From a virus, in the IMG/VR virus record IMGVR_UViG_3300008085_000023, positions 32,001 to 96,000 of that record: a DNA stretch of 64,000 nucleotides; one strand, written 5' to 3'. Position 1 is the stretch's first letter. Every line of letters starts with the position of its first letter. Shown here one piece after another: positions 32,339 to 41,958 of this stretch. Made by a program: the position numbers and the translations under genes. The notes under the pieces are model-generated. The model saw only the letters and a list, made by a program, of their open reading frames with translations. It searched no databases and was not told the origin of the DNA.

Positions 32339-33295
32339 TCAGGTGTTCCGTATGATGAACGATATGGCTCTTGCAGCCTCCAACTGCAGAGGCCTCTTCT
32401 GATATCGTGCGCCAAAGTCTAAATCTATACCCGACATAAGCTCGGCTATCTCAAATGGAGTGATGGGGTATTTCTGCCGAATGGCATTTCCTGCGATAGA
32501 AGTCATGATCTTATAGAAGAGACCGTAGCGGCCTGTACCGTCCTGAAATGCTATTGACTGATATTCCCGCAGAAGTTTGCGATTGACGAATGGGCAATCC
32601 TGATATGACGTCCATTGAAAGTTATTATTGGTGAGAGATTGCTTACGTTGCTTGATCACTGCGCGCTGTACGTCTTCTGGCAGCTTAGACAAGAAGTCAC
32701 GAGGCGGCTCAACGTATTTAGTTTTGGCCATAAGCACATCAGGATTTATGACAGTGCTGCCTCCAAGTCGGAATATGAAGTTGAAAGCGTCTGGATACTC
32801 TGCTGGAACATAATACATCCGAGACAAATCCTTGGTCTGAGGATCACTTACATCGTTGAACTCTTTATTGAGAGCAAACCAAAAGTGTCTAATCTTATCG
32901 GCGGGAATATCCTTGCTTAGATTAAGGACGATTCGAAACTTTGGATGCTCTTTGGTGCTAGATGCAGATGAATAACATATGCCCCGATACTCCTTAAACA
33001 TCTCAAGCGTCTCTTGGAATGAACCTTCATAGTTATCAATGTCGATAGCAGTCCAGGATGACCAATGCGTAACATTATCGTTAGCTCTAGTCGTGTTAGG
33101 CTTGTACTTCGCAGGTGATATTAGAGGCGCTGCGCCGCGGCGGTGGCGTTCGCCGCGCTTAAGCTTAAAACCCGGCACCTTACTCATTCCGAATAAAGCT
33201 TCCTCAAACTTATCCCAATTCTCAAATGTTAAACCACGCGTGGTGGCGTTAGAGAATATCGATTTGAATACAGTTAGCTCTTTCATTTTCGGCAT
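32339..33295 (-). CDS. AEP/PrimPol-type primase-like protein
   Basis: AIDID, SSASST..PKFRIVL, DPQTKDLSRMYYVP; helical C-terminal domain. Confidence 0.7.
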   Translation of the reverse strand: MPKMKELTVFKSIFSNATTRGLTFENWDKFEEALFGMSKVPGFKLKRGERHRRGAAPLISPAKYKPNTTRANDNVTHWSSWTAIDIDNYEGSFQETLEMFKEYRGICYSSASSTKEHPKFRIVLNLSKDIPADKIRHFWFALNKEFNDVSDPQTKDLSRMYYVPAEYPDAFNFIFRLGGSTVINPDVLMAKTKYVEPPRDFLSKLPEDVQRAVIKQRKQSLTNNNFQWTSYQDCPFVNRKLLREYQSIAFQDGTGRYGLFYKIMTSIAGNAIRQKYPITPFEIAELMSGIDLDFGARYQKRPLQLEAARAISFIIRNT

Positions 33296-33516
33296 TCCTT
33301 AATCATTGTGTTAATCAATTTACGTAAATGCGGCCAATCTTCAGGATCAATTGAAATTGTTAAAAATTCTTCAGTGGTTTCAGTATAACCTGTAAGTCGA
33401 ATATACTCGCCTCCTCCGGCATTAATAATTTCAACGTCAAATGATGATGGACCATTATCGTCTCCAACAACTTCAAGAGAACGTTTTAACACTCGTGTTT
33501 TGCGATACTCGCTCAT
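33283..33516 (-). CDS. hypothetical protein
   Basis: Short ORF coupled to polymerase stop. Confidence 0.5.
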   Translation of the reverse strand: MSEYRKTRVLKRSLEVVGDDNGPSSFDVEIINAGGGEYIRLTGYTETTEEFLTISIDPEDWPHLRKLINTMIKECRK

Positions 33517-34430
33517 TGAAAGAAGTCCTCCAAACTTGCTCTCGGTTCCGTTGACCATCCAATAGCGTCTAACACATTTTGAATAGGATCAATATATGTT
33601 TTAGTGAACTGAAGTTCATAATCAATATAGCGTTCAAGACCCAATTCAGTTGGCAACTTATCATCAGGGTACGATATCACATTTTCGTTTATAGGATTAG
33701 GCAACTTAAGATAAACGAACTTGATCTTATCGCCATTGAAGATACTGTGATATTTCCGCAGCTTCTTTGTCTTAAGCATATTGTTATAAAGGATCGCACC
33801 TCTCGCATGGATAGGTGTGCCTTTTGCATATCCATTGTTCGTAACATACTTGGCGACGTCTGATACTGAGCGAGGGAAAGATACTTCATGAATAGGTGCA
33901 TTGAAAAACTTAACCTTGAATTTAGCTACAGCATTTTGAACAGCATGTTCGTCTTCATTCATGATAACATTGAAGATAGATTTCATCGCAGTACGACATA
34001 TCTGTGGTGTAGATGACTTAACGCATTCCAATCCCATGACCTTAAGCTTAGGCTCAGCATAGCGTACACCTTCAGAGTCAAGTACATTAAGGATGTAATG
34101 CTTTTTGCCTGTCCAAAGACCACGGTCGGCGATTACCTCACGGGCCATCACCATACGATTTTCAATCGCACCATGGTGTGCTGCAAATCGTTCGAAGGCT
34201 TCATTGAAAACCTCCACCATAAAGCGCTCACCAAATTCGTTCAGGAATTTAACAGGATCCTTTGGCTTAAACTTTTCAATCACATCCTTAACGCTGATGT
34301 ACAGCGAATTATGCACGCATATATTATTACCAAAAAAGTTGTGATTGCGTTCAACCTCAATGTCATAGACATCTATTTCCTGTATGCCTAAATCCTCTAC
34401 TTCGAAATCATTATACTCGAGTTCTAACAT
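33513..34430 (-). CDS. gp43: C-intein (41 aa) fused to C-terminal part of family B DNA polymerase
   Basis: VYDIEV...HNFFGNNICVHN|SLY then REVIAD, KKHYILNV, KVMGLE.VKSSTP, KGTPIH.RG. Confidence 0.95.
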   Translation of the reverse strand: MLELEYNDFEVEDLGIQEIDVYDIEVERNHNFFGNNICVHNSLYISVKDVIEKFKPKDPVKFLNEFGERFMVEVFNEAFERFAAHHGAIENRMVMAREVIADRGLWTGKKHYILNVLDSEGVRYAEPKLKVMGLECVKSSTPQICRTAMKSIFNVIMNEDEHAVQNAVAKFKVKFFNAPIHEVSFPRSVSDVAKYVTNNGYAKGTPIHARGAILYNNMLKTKKLRKYHSIFNGDKIKFVYLKLPNPINENVISYPDDKLPTELGLERYIDYELQFTKTYIDPIQNVLDAIGWSTEPRASLEDFFQ

Positions 34431-35496
34431 AATCTAAAATCCTTTCAATACACTCTGCGGGGTTACGATCCCAATCTCTCTCCCATATCATTATAACAGG
34501 AAACTTGCGACTTATAAACAAATAATTGTTTTTGAAATCATCAGCCGCCCATTTTTCCCTTGCGGTTAAATTGGTGCATCCTCTACCTCGTAATTTATCG
34601 CTCGGCTTGTATAAACTGGGGTTGCCATGATAATGATCGCCATTAAATTCAATCGCAAATTTATACTTTAGAGATACAAAATCGTACTTGAATAAGCAAT
34701 TTTTCACATCGCACCAAACACCATATTCATTCTCTCCATAAAACATTCGTGAATCTTCAAATAATTTAGTATTAGCAAGACGTGAAAAAAGCGCGAAAGA
34801 CTTTTTGCTGTAGAAAGATCTTTGGGAATTAATATATGCATAGTATCGATCAGTGCCATTCTCCTCACCATATCTTTCAATGTACACTGGTAAAGTATGG
34901 CTCTTTTGACGATTAATACTACGGTAGCGCTCAGTTCCCAGGTGTTCTTCAGAATTAGTATATGCTTGTCGCGATCGGTAGTCTTCCCACATTTTTCTAC
35001 CAATTACATCGCCATGTCTACTAATGAAGTTTGCTAGCGTGCAAGAGCGAGAGCGATTAAACTCGTCAAACTCCTTTTTCGTCCACCCAAACCTTCTGTT
35101 CTTATACTCGAATGTATTTGATTCACCCTGTCTTTTGCGATAAGCAGTGAAGCGTCTTTGGCCTTCGCTCTTGCCGTACCTTTCTATCAGTATCTTTAAC
35201 GAAACCCCCCTTGGCCGATGGAGATCATACTGTATTTGCCCTTCTTCATCACCGTATTGCAGCTGATACCGTTCAAGAGTATTGGCTGCGGCGATTTCCG
35301 CTAATCGAATGCAAGCAGAGCAGAATTCTTCCCATGTTCTTAAATTGCGAGCAATAAGGCGGCGGAATCCCACAGTTCGGCGATATCTCCAAATAATCAT
35401 AAAGTCGTCATAATCAATTTTATCAATGTCTGGAATATATGGAATTAACGCCCGAAGCGCATTATAGTGTTTTATCTGTATCTTATGCATGTACAA
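34411..35496 (-). CDS. free-standing homing endonuclease (Vsr/very-short-patch-like) between split intein halves
   Basis: Repeated ERYGEENG-type motifs; YDF...IEFNGDHYHGNP...IWERDW. Confidence 0.8.
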   Translation of the reverse strand: MYMHKIQIKHYNALRALIPYIPDIDKIDYDDFMIIWRYRRTVGFRRLIARNLRTWEEFCSACIRLAEIAAANTLERYQLQYGDEEGQIQYDLHRPRGVSLKILIERYGKSEGQRRFTAYRKRQGESNTFEYKNRRFGWTKKEFDEFNRSRSCTLANFISRHGDVIGRKMWEDYRSRQAYTNSEEHLGTERYRSINRQKSHTLPVYIERYGEENGTDRYYAYINSQRSFYSKKSFALFSRLANTKLFEDSRMFYGENEYGVWCDVKNCLFKYDFVSLKYKFAIEFNGDHYHGNPSLYKPSDKLRGRGCTNLTAREKWAADDFKNNYLFISRKFPVIMIWERDWDRNPAECIERILDYVRTRV

Positions 35497-36044
35497 TATT
35501 TATAATCTGGTGTTTTTTGGTGTTAAGATCCTTTGGCTTAATCGAAAAAACCTTTTTAGACGTTCTATCCCGAACAATACAAGAATGATCTTCTGTGACG
35601 TCAACACTGCCTCTTGGTGTCTTGATACGGAACATCCGCTTTTTAACACTATGCTTCATGACATAGTTAATACGTCTTTCCTCAAGCTTTGCTGTAGAAG
35701 ATACAGAAAGGGTCGTGCAATCTAAATGGCTTGTAGACTTGACGTAATCGCGGTTAAAGTCGTCCTTACGGATATAATGGTCTTCATCTACAGATTCGTA
35801 AAATTCAGCAATAGTCGTTTCCTGACCGTTAACCAAAAGACTGGTTGAACCAGCAACACTATCAGTGTCAATCGCAATTACACGATCTTTGTCCTTCGTA
35901 CCTAAGAAAGCATTAAGTTTTTCATTGATGATACGTTCAGCAAACTGAATAACAGCTTGACCTGTTAATGTAACACCTTCTGCAATACGCAAGTCGAAGT
36001 AACGAAAGTATTGATTAGCCAAGGCGCCATACAGGCTATTTAAT
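35483..36044 (-). CDS. gp43: DNA polymerase gp43B exon 2 plus N-intein (35483-35860)
   Basis: LNSLYGALANQYFRYFD...IAIDTD|SVAGST; block B VTEDHS. Confidence 0.9.
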
Positions 36045-36288
36045 CATTGTGTTCAAAATACTGCGTTACGGTATTCCCGGGATTTCCCCAGCTCATATTT
36101 TCATACGAGATCAGACTATATCTTCAACTCAATGAGTTGCCGAGCGCTTCCATTCACTTGAATGTACTCCTTGCGGATAGTCGTTGCACCTTCCACTTTG
36201 TGGCTTGGCTCAGTATTAGCATTTGAAAGCCTTCACTGAATTCACACGGTGTTAACGTGAGCATCGCTGCTCACGGTCCCACTATTTT
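36045..36288 (-). mobile_element. group I intron (244 nt, no ORF) in DNA polymerase motif B
   Basis: 5' exon ends U with U.G in P1 (TCCT|AAAATAGT-GGGA); GCAACGACTA and AAGATATAGTCT (P7); terminal G; removal restores AYKILLNSLYG in frame. Confidence 0.9.
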
Positions 36289-36389
36289 AGGATCTTGTAA
36301 GCCATTTGCTGATTAGAGAACACCTCAATCTTAGCATCGAGAGTGTGTATCTTCAATCGCAGCTCTGCTATTCTTTCTTCTTTATTCAT
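36289..36389 (-). CDS. gp43: DNA polymerase gp43B exon 1 (not in ORF track)
   Basis: MNKEERIAELRLKIHTLDAKIEVFSNQQMAYKI + CT; AAGGT RBS; own early promoter. Confidence 0.85.
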
Positions 36390-36413
36390 AAAACTACCTT
36401 TCATTAGAGAACC

Positions 36414-36443
36414 ATTATACCACAATTCACTAAGCATGTACAC
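36414..36443 (-). promoter_or_regulatory. early promoter driving gp43B
   Basis: GTGTACA-N18-TATAAT. Confidence 0.8.
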
Positions 36444-37185
36444 TGATGTTTTTACAGTTTGAAAAATGATACCTAGTCATATTACCTCCACTGCCTTCAA
36501 CACCACAATGAGGGCACTTCACTAGCTTTAGAGAGCGTGGTTTACGAAGCTGCAATAGTTGACGCTGTTTAACGGAAGGAGTTATGCCTTGGACAAATCC
36601 CATTGGAATAGCTTCACCATCTCGTAAATATATTGTTTCATCCGTCAAATGATTAGAGTATAAGCGTCGGCCTCTAATACCATTTTTCGACATCTTTGAT
36701 CGTGTAGCATGGCTATGACTAGATCCAGTTCTATAATATACTAACTCCCCCGAGACGTATCGTGGATCATTAACTGCTACTCTAAACGTTTCGCCAATTG
36801 CGTTCTTCACGACAACATAACCCGTTGAACGTTTAGATATTTCATCACGGACAGATTGGCTACGCTTCCGGCCACGGTTTGATGTTGAAATAGCACTACT
36901 AATATATTTTCTAGCAGCCTCGTATAAAACCGACCGACCATTACAAACTCGTTTCATCATATTGAATGCAAACCAAAGCTTGCTATTATTTGTGCTTTTA
37001 GCAAGCAAATAATGGGCGATAAAATGCGCGCGATATGGAAGTTTTATGATATTGGTTTCGTCGTCTGTTCCGCCAGCACACTTAGGTATAATATGGTGTA
37101 GTTCACCTTCAGAAATAATCTGCGAACTATAGTGTTCAATAAAGCGCTGGTAACGACCGTAATAATGTTGTGAGTATATGTTCAT
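36430..37185 (-). CDS. HNH homing endonuclease
   Basis: ELHHIIPKCAGGTD...HFIAHYLL; CPHC tail; TATAAATA upstream. Confidence 0.85.
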   Translation of the reverse strand: MNIYSQHYYGRYQRFIEHYSSQIISEGELHHIIPKCAGGTDDETNIIKLPYRAHFIAHYLLAKSTNNSKLWFAFNMMKRVCNGRSVLYEAARKYISSAISTSNRGRKRSQSVRDEISKRSTGYVVVKNAIGETFRVAVNDPRYVSGELVYYRTGSSHSHATRSKMSKNGIRGRRLYSNHLTDETIYLRDGEAIPMGFVQGITPSVKQRQLLQLRKPRSLKLVKCPHCGVEGSGGNMTRYHFSNCKNISVHA

Positions 37186-37218
37186 ACAGACTATTTATAC
37201 TTTAGAAGCTTTAACTCT

Positions 37219-38709
37219 CTATACGGCTTCCAGCAAGCTCAGATCGTTCAACAAAGCTTCCCTTTCCTGCATCGCTTCGATCATCTTGCCTTTGAGACCT
37301 TTGCGCTTAGCATAAATTTCACTAACAATCATTGGGATGAACCCCACTTTGTTAGTTTTGAACTGAGCGCCATTCGCAGCTACGGTTATATCTGGATCAT
37401 CAACTCTAAACGTTTCGTCAATGAAACCTTGGACAGATGCCTCAAGATTGCGCTTAGGCAAAAGAGTTTCCGTAGACATATTGTTCTGAATAATCAACGA
37501 TGGGTACAACGAATTTAAATCGAAACTCATCACCCAATCATGCATACCAACCTGCGGTATTTTAACGAAACCTCCTGCATAACTGGTTGCGGTTTTTCCA
37601 GCATTTGAGATGGGAGGTACAACATTAGCTTCGCACAATCTACGATAAATGATGCCATCCCAGATTGGTGTGGTTTTCAAAGCGTCAGCATAATTCGTGC
37701 CGGCCATATATGATAGTGTGAAGCAAATGTCAATGAATCCAAGCTTATCATCTAAAGCGTCAACCAAACCAACGTCCTTGATGTTGTATTCAATAAACTT
37801 TTGAAAGTTCTTTTCGTACAGGTCATTAAGGTTGCCGATTTCAGAATAGTCCAACTTCGTTTCACCAAGGACTATGTGAGCGATATGATTGAGTGTATAT
37901 GACTCTTGGTTGCCATAGGTATATGCAAACTTTTTGAAGAGTTCAATATAGTCAAGATGCTGGATGCCTGATATCTCAAACGTCGGGCGCTTCTGACCAT
38001 AGAAGTTGACGTCTCGTGCTGAGATAAGTTTCCATGGCGAAAGCAACTTAGCGGTGCCCTCACCTAACACCGCTTCAATACGATTAATGAGATACGGAAC
38101 ATCGAAAAACATTGTGTTCCAACCAGTTAAAACGTCGGGACGATTATATGGTTGCTGCCACCATTCTAAAAAGGTGTTAAGCATATCGGCTTCATCTTTG
38201 CATGGGATAAAGTTCACACCGTCCATATGTGGAGCATACTGCTTTTTGAAAGCAAAGACGTAATACTGACCGTCCCGCGATTGCTTAATAGTAATGGCGC
38301 GGACTTCCTCGGCCGCGGTAGCCGGATTAGGAAACCCATCGCCCACTGCAGTCTCAATATCCATGTTGGAAATATTGATGAAGCGAGAATCATAGTCAAC
38401 ACGGCCTGGAAACTTTTCCTGGGTGAAGGCCATGACATGACGGTCGGTACCAAAGATTTCGAAGCTAGGAATATGTTTATATTGATTGACGAAGTCGCGC
38501 ATATCGCGCATAGAATCAAGGCGCACCTCTTTAACCGGTGCGCCAAAGATCGACTTCTTATCAGTAGCTTCGTTCTTGTCTTTAGTGGGGATGAAAACCT
38601 TTGGCTTAAACATAACGCGTTTCTCAATGCGTTTGCCTTCACCATCGTAGCCGCAGTAAAGCAGCTTGTTACCAAATCTATCTATTGATGTATAAAATTC
38701 ACTGTTCAT
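37219..38709 (-). CDS. gp43: DNA polymerase gp43A (exonuclease + palm motif A)
   Basis: DIET, TGWNTMFFDVPYL, YNIKDV, SFDLNSLYPS; ends in fingers domain. Confidence 0.95.
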   Translation of the reverse strand: MNSEFYTSIDRFGNKLLYCGYDGEGKRIEKRVMFKPKVFIPTKDKNEATDKKSIFGAPVKEVRLDSMRDMRDFVNQYKHIPSFEIFGTDRHVMAFTQEKFPGRVDYDSRFINISNMDIETAVGDGFPNPATAAEEVRAITIKQSRDGQYYVFAFKKQYAPHMDGVNFIPCKDEADMLNTFLEWWQQPYNRPDVLTGWNTMFFDVPYLINRIEAVLGEGTAKLLSPWKLISARDVNFYGQKRPTFEISGIQHLDYIELFKKFAYTYGNQESYTLNHIAHIVLGETKLDYSEIGNLNDLYEKNFQKFIEYNIKDVGLVDALDDKLGFIDICFTLSYMAGTNYADALKTTPIWDGIIYRRLCEANVVPPISNAGKTATSYAGGFVKIPQVGMHDWVMSFDLNSLYPSLIIQNNMSTETLLPKRNLEASVQGFIDETFRVDDPDITVAANGAQFKTNKVGFIPMIVSEIYAKRKGLKGKMIEAMQEREALLNDLSLLEAV

Positions 38710-38775
38710 AGATTTATTATAACACAAAGGGAGCAGATTGTACACAACAAAATGCTCCCTGAAGTGGATATTAAA

Positions 38776-39216
38776 TTACTTATAAACCGAATTTTTGAGA
38801 TCAGAACCAATAGTGTATTTTGCAACGAGGTTCCAGTTTTTCTTCTCCTTAAAAGGAAGAATTTTAATCTGATTGACCGAGCATCTATCGGTCGTCTTTG
38901 CAGCATCAACTATTTCCAATAGTCCCCAGTCAGACAATAAAGTAGTGATAGTGTTTCTACGGAGTCGATCGTTCTCACTAAACGAACTGCGCTTGCCATC
39001 CAACAAGAATAACTCTTTAAAATGTACAATGAAGTACCGACCTTGCTTATGCAAAATGTGACACGATTGGTACAGCACCTGGCCTTCGGACGTTGCTGAT
39101 ACTCCTATGCGGGTGAGTGTTTCTTTTACACGCAGAAAATCATCTGGTTCTTTCAACGTGACTTCTACCATGTTGGCAGCAGTCCATTTATCACTCACTA
39201 AAGTATCATCATTCAT
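38776..39216 (-). CDS. regA: translational repressor RegA
   Basis: DDFLRVKETLTRIG, LYQSCHILHKQGRYFIVHFKELF. Confidence 0.95.
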   Translation of the reverse strand: MNDDTLVSDKWTAANMVEVTLKEPDDFLRVKETLTRIGVSATSEGQVLYQSCHILHKQGRYFIVHFKELFLLDGKRSSFSENDRLRRNTITTLLSDWGLLEIVDAAKTTDRCSVNQIKILPFKEKKNWNLVAKYTIGSDLKNSVYK

Positions 39217-39348
39217 TTACATCTCGCATGGTACACACAACAAATTCATTCTGCTGCTGACAGAACTTATTTATCTTATGTTGTGCTTTAGCGAGATGCT
39301 AGGTTGTTACGATATCACCGACTTTAATCGTATTATCGTACCGAATAA

Positions 39349-39747
39349 TCAAGCTTTCTGTAATCCACCATGGGATAAATGCGATCGCATAGACGCTATA
39401 GCTTCTTTGCTCAGAATTTTTAAAACACCCCTTGCCTTTTCACGAGACATATTGTAGTATTCGACAACAGTATTAACATCCTCATCTTTAAGAGCCTTAG
39501 GCCACTTTGCAAATCGTTTACTTGGCCGAACAATTGCGCGATAGAAGTCAAATTGCAGGCGATTATCAATTCTACTAGAAGCATTCATCATGTTCGCAGC
39601 GAGGATTGTATCAGCAAAATACGAAAACTGCCTATTAATTATGAACGGCAGGTACGCCTTTTCGTTCTCAGGATCGTCAGACATGATATCTGGCTTTTCC
39701 CGAGAACTAATGGCGCTTATAAAATCGAATGGCGACAACTTGGCCAT
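39349..39747 (-). CDS. gp62: clamp loader small subunit gp62
   Basis: YLPFIINR..SYF.D, QFDFY, EYY..S.EKA; synteny. Confidence 0.9.
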   Translation of the reverse strand: MAKLSPFDFISAISSREKPDIMSDDPENEKAYLPFIINRQFSYFADTILAANMMNASSRIDNRLQFDFYRAIVRPSKRFAKWPKALKDEDVNTVVEYYNMSREKARGVLKILSKEAIASMRSHLSHGGLQKA

Positions 39748-39899
39748 AAGTTACTTCCTATTACGATCCGTAGTCTTACCCACAGTGCAACCACACGGAT
39801 TGTATCGCATACAACCGCAATTGTTGCACTTGTGCTTTGGTGACTTTTCACCATGCTTGTCAATAAGCTTCGTTGGTCCTGTATTCTTCATGGTACTCC

Positions 39900-40844
39900 T
39901 TATGCCCATTTGCAGTCGCGCATCAGTTCAGTTAGACACGCGACAGTGTTAATTTCATGATCACTGACGTGAGCATGCTTGTATTGATATTCCGCGATGA
40001 TAATACATGCTGCCGGAATTGATGATGGCTCGGCTTTAAGTGCAAGCGAGTCATAAATCTTACGATAAATTGCGGTTGCATCCAGGTCGGAATTCATACC
40101 AACCCACTTACGCATCGCACCAAAGTTCTTATCTTTGAGATAACCGATCACTTCTGCGAACGAATCATCAGAAAGTGAATGCAAAACCTCAGGAGATAAT
40201 GTTCCACTCATTGAATGGATTTGGCATGCTTCAATAACCCGTCGCCAATCCGGCGCATGACTCATAACGACCTGAGCAACAAGCTTTGGATCATACTTAA
40301 CCTTATTCAGATCAAGGATACCACACATACGCTTATGAAATTTCGCAGCGAGGAGGGGCAAATCCTTTTTGGTAATCTTGAATTCGATCTTTGTCATACG
40401 AGAATCACGAATGGGTTCGATGATCTTGTTTGGGTAGTTACAAGTAAAAATAAACCGGCAACTCTTATTGAATTCTTGAATGAACCCACGGAGAGCGGGC
40501 TGTGTTGAAACAGGATTGAGATAATCCGCCTCGTCAACAATGATGACCTTCGGTTTGTCACCACCCTGCAAAGAGCACGTTGAAGCAAACTGCCTCAACG
40601 TTGTGCGCAGCACCTCAATACCCGAATCTTCAGATCCGTTGATCATCATATAATCGAGATCAAGTTCCTCACACATGGCCCGGGCAGCCGTGGTCTTACC
40701 TCGACCATGACTGCCCGTTAGCAGCATATTAGGAACCATTCCAGTGGAGACGACCTGCTCGAAGGTTGTCTTGAGGTTTGTAGGAAGAACACATTCGTCA
40801 ATGGTCTTCGGGCGATATTCTTCGCTCCAAAGTAGGTTATTCAT
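39900..40844 (-). CDS. gp44: clamp loader large subunit gp44
   Basis: WSEEYRPKTIDEC, GRGKTT, INGS, DEADYL. Confidence 0.95.
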   Translation of the reverse strand: MNNLLWSEEYRPKTIDECVLPTNLKTTFEQVVSTGMVPNMLLTGSHGRGKTTAARAMCEELDLDYMMINGSEDSGIEVLRTTLRQFASTCSLQGGDKPKVIIVDEADYLNPVSTQPALRGFIQEFNKSCRFIFTCNYPNKIIEPIRDSRMTKIEFKITKKDLPLLAAKFHKRMCGILDLNKVKYDPKLVAQVVMSHAPDWRRVIEACQIHSMSGTLSPEVLHSLSDDSFAEVIGYLKDKNFGAMRKWVGMNSDLDATAIYRKIYDSLALKAEPSSIPAACIIIAEYQYKHAHVSDHEINTVACLTELMRDCKWA

Positions 40845-40869
40845 TTGCTTCGCCTTGTGTTTGAGTTGA

Positions 40870-41151
40870 TTAGTCGTCGATGGAAACAGCTGGTTCAGGC
40901 TGTACTTCTTCAGCAGCAGCCTTTTCTTTCTTCTGCGCTTCGACCAGCTGGTCGATTTCGACCTCTACTACGGTGTAGAGAGTGTCACGAATCTTTCCAA
41001 CTGAGCTCAACTCGCCTCCCTGATATGCGCCGCGAGCTGCTGCTGCGTCGATGCACTTAAGCGCGTTGATAATGACGTCAACTGGAACTTCCTTTACCGG
41101 CGCTGGCTGGGACGGGAAGTCGATGGTGGGGTTGTCTTTGTTCTTATGCAT
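40870..41151 (-). CDS. conserved T4-like hypothetical protein
   Basis: IDAAAARGAYQGGELSSVG. Confidence 0.6.
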   Translation of the reverse strand: MHKNKDNPTIDFPSQPAPVKEVPVDVIINALKCIDAAAARGAYQGGELSSVGKIRDTLYTVVEVEIDQLVEAQKKEKAAAEEVQPEPAVSIDD

Positions 41152-41170
41152 ATACTTTTACTTTCTTTTG

Positions 41171-41866
41171 TTATGCGTTATATTCGGACGACTTTTCAAG
41201 AGCAATCCAGTATGTGATAGGTGAGGTGCTGTCCAATACCCACTTGCTGATGCTTCGTGAGCTGAGCTGCAAGGTGTAATCACCCGGGACAATCTTCATA
41301 TTTCCAATGAGGATGTCAAATGAGAATGCAGGCAGAGAGGCAAATGCTTCATCCGTCGCGACTTCGGCCCGATAGGCATTAGACGACTTATTCGTTGGGT
41401 CAGAAACTACGGCCCAAATGCTATCAGCATCGGCCTGCTTCGTCAATGACACCGTCTCACAATGGAGAACTGAAGCGGCCTTCTTAATCTGGGCCAGCAT
41501 GCCTTCATCCATCTTAAGTGTGACCTCATATTCAGGATCCTTAATATCCTTCTTGGGATACGTCAGAATCTCTGGATTAGAGCAGAAATAATTCAATCCC
41601 TGTGTACCAGATGAGGAGTCCACTGCGATCATGGTGCCATCGAACGTGAACATCGGCTTATTAATTAGCTTGATCGCAGACAAGAACTCGTTGAGGTCAT
41701 AGATACCAAAGGTGGAATCGATTTGCTCAGAAATATCGGCCATAGCCATAATATTCTTCGCTTCAGAAACCGTCTTCAGCTTCCCAGTGTTTTCCTCAAC
41801 GACGATGTTGGGATTGATCATTGCAAAATTCTGCAAGATCGCAAGTGTTTCGGTGGTTAGTTGCAT
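41171..41866 (-). CDS. gp45: sliding clamp gp45
   Basis: LQNFAMINPNI, FGIYDLNEFLS, YWIALE. Confidence 0.95.
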   Translation of the reverse strand: MQLTTETLAILQNFAMINPNIVVEENTGKLKTVSEAKNIMAMADISEQIDSTFGIYDLNEFLSAIKLINKPMFTFDGTMIAVDSSSGTQGLNYFCSNPEILTYPKKDIKDPEYEVTLKMDEGMLAQIKKAASVLHCETVSLTKQADADSIWAVVSDPTNKSSNAYRAEVATDEAFASLPAFSFDILIGNMKIVPGDYTLQLSSRSISKWVLDSTSPITYWIALEKSSEYNA

Positions 41867-41958
41867 GTGGTCCTTTTCATGTTTTTGTGTTTCTTTCTTT
41901 CTGTATTAAAAGTATGGATCTATTATACCATACTGTTAGCCGTTTGTACACTACTAAA

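Noticed and set aside
35483-36022. TTG start at 36022 for the polymerase fragment
   Set aside because: It would omit the motif B lysine and NSLYG; the intron model supplies them in frame.
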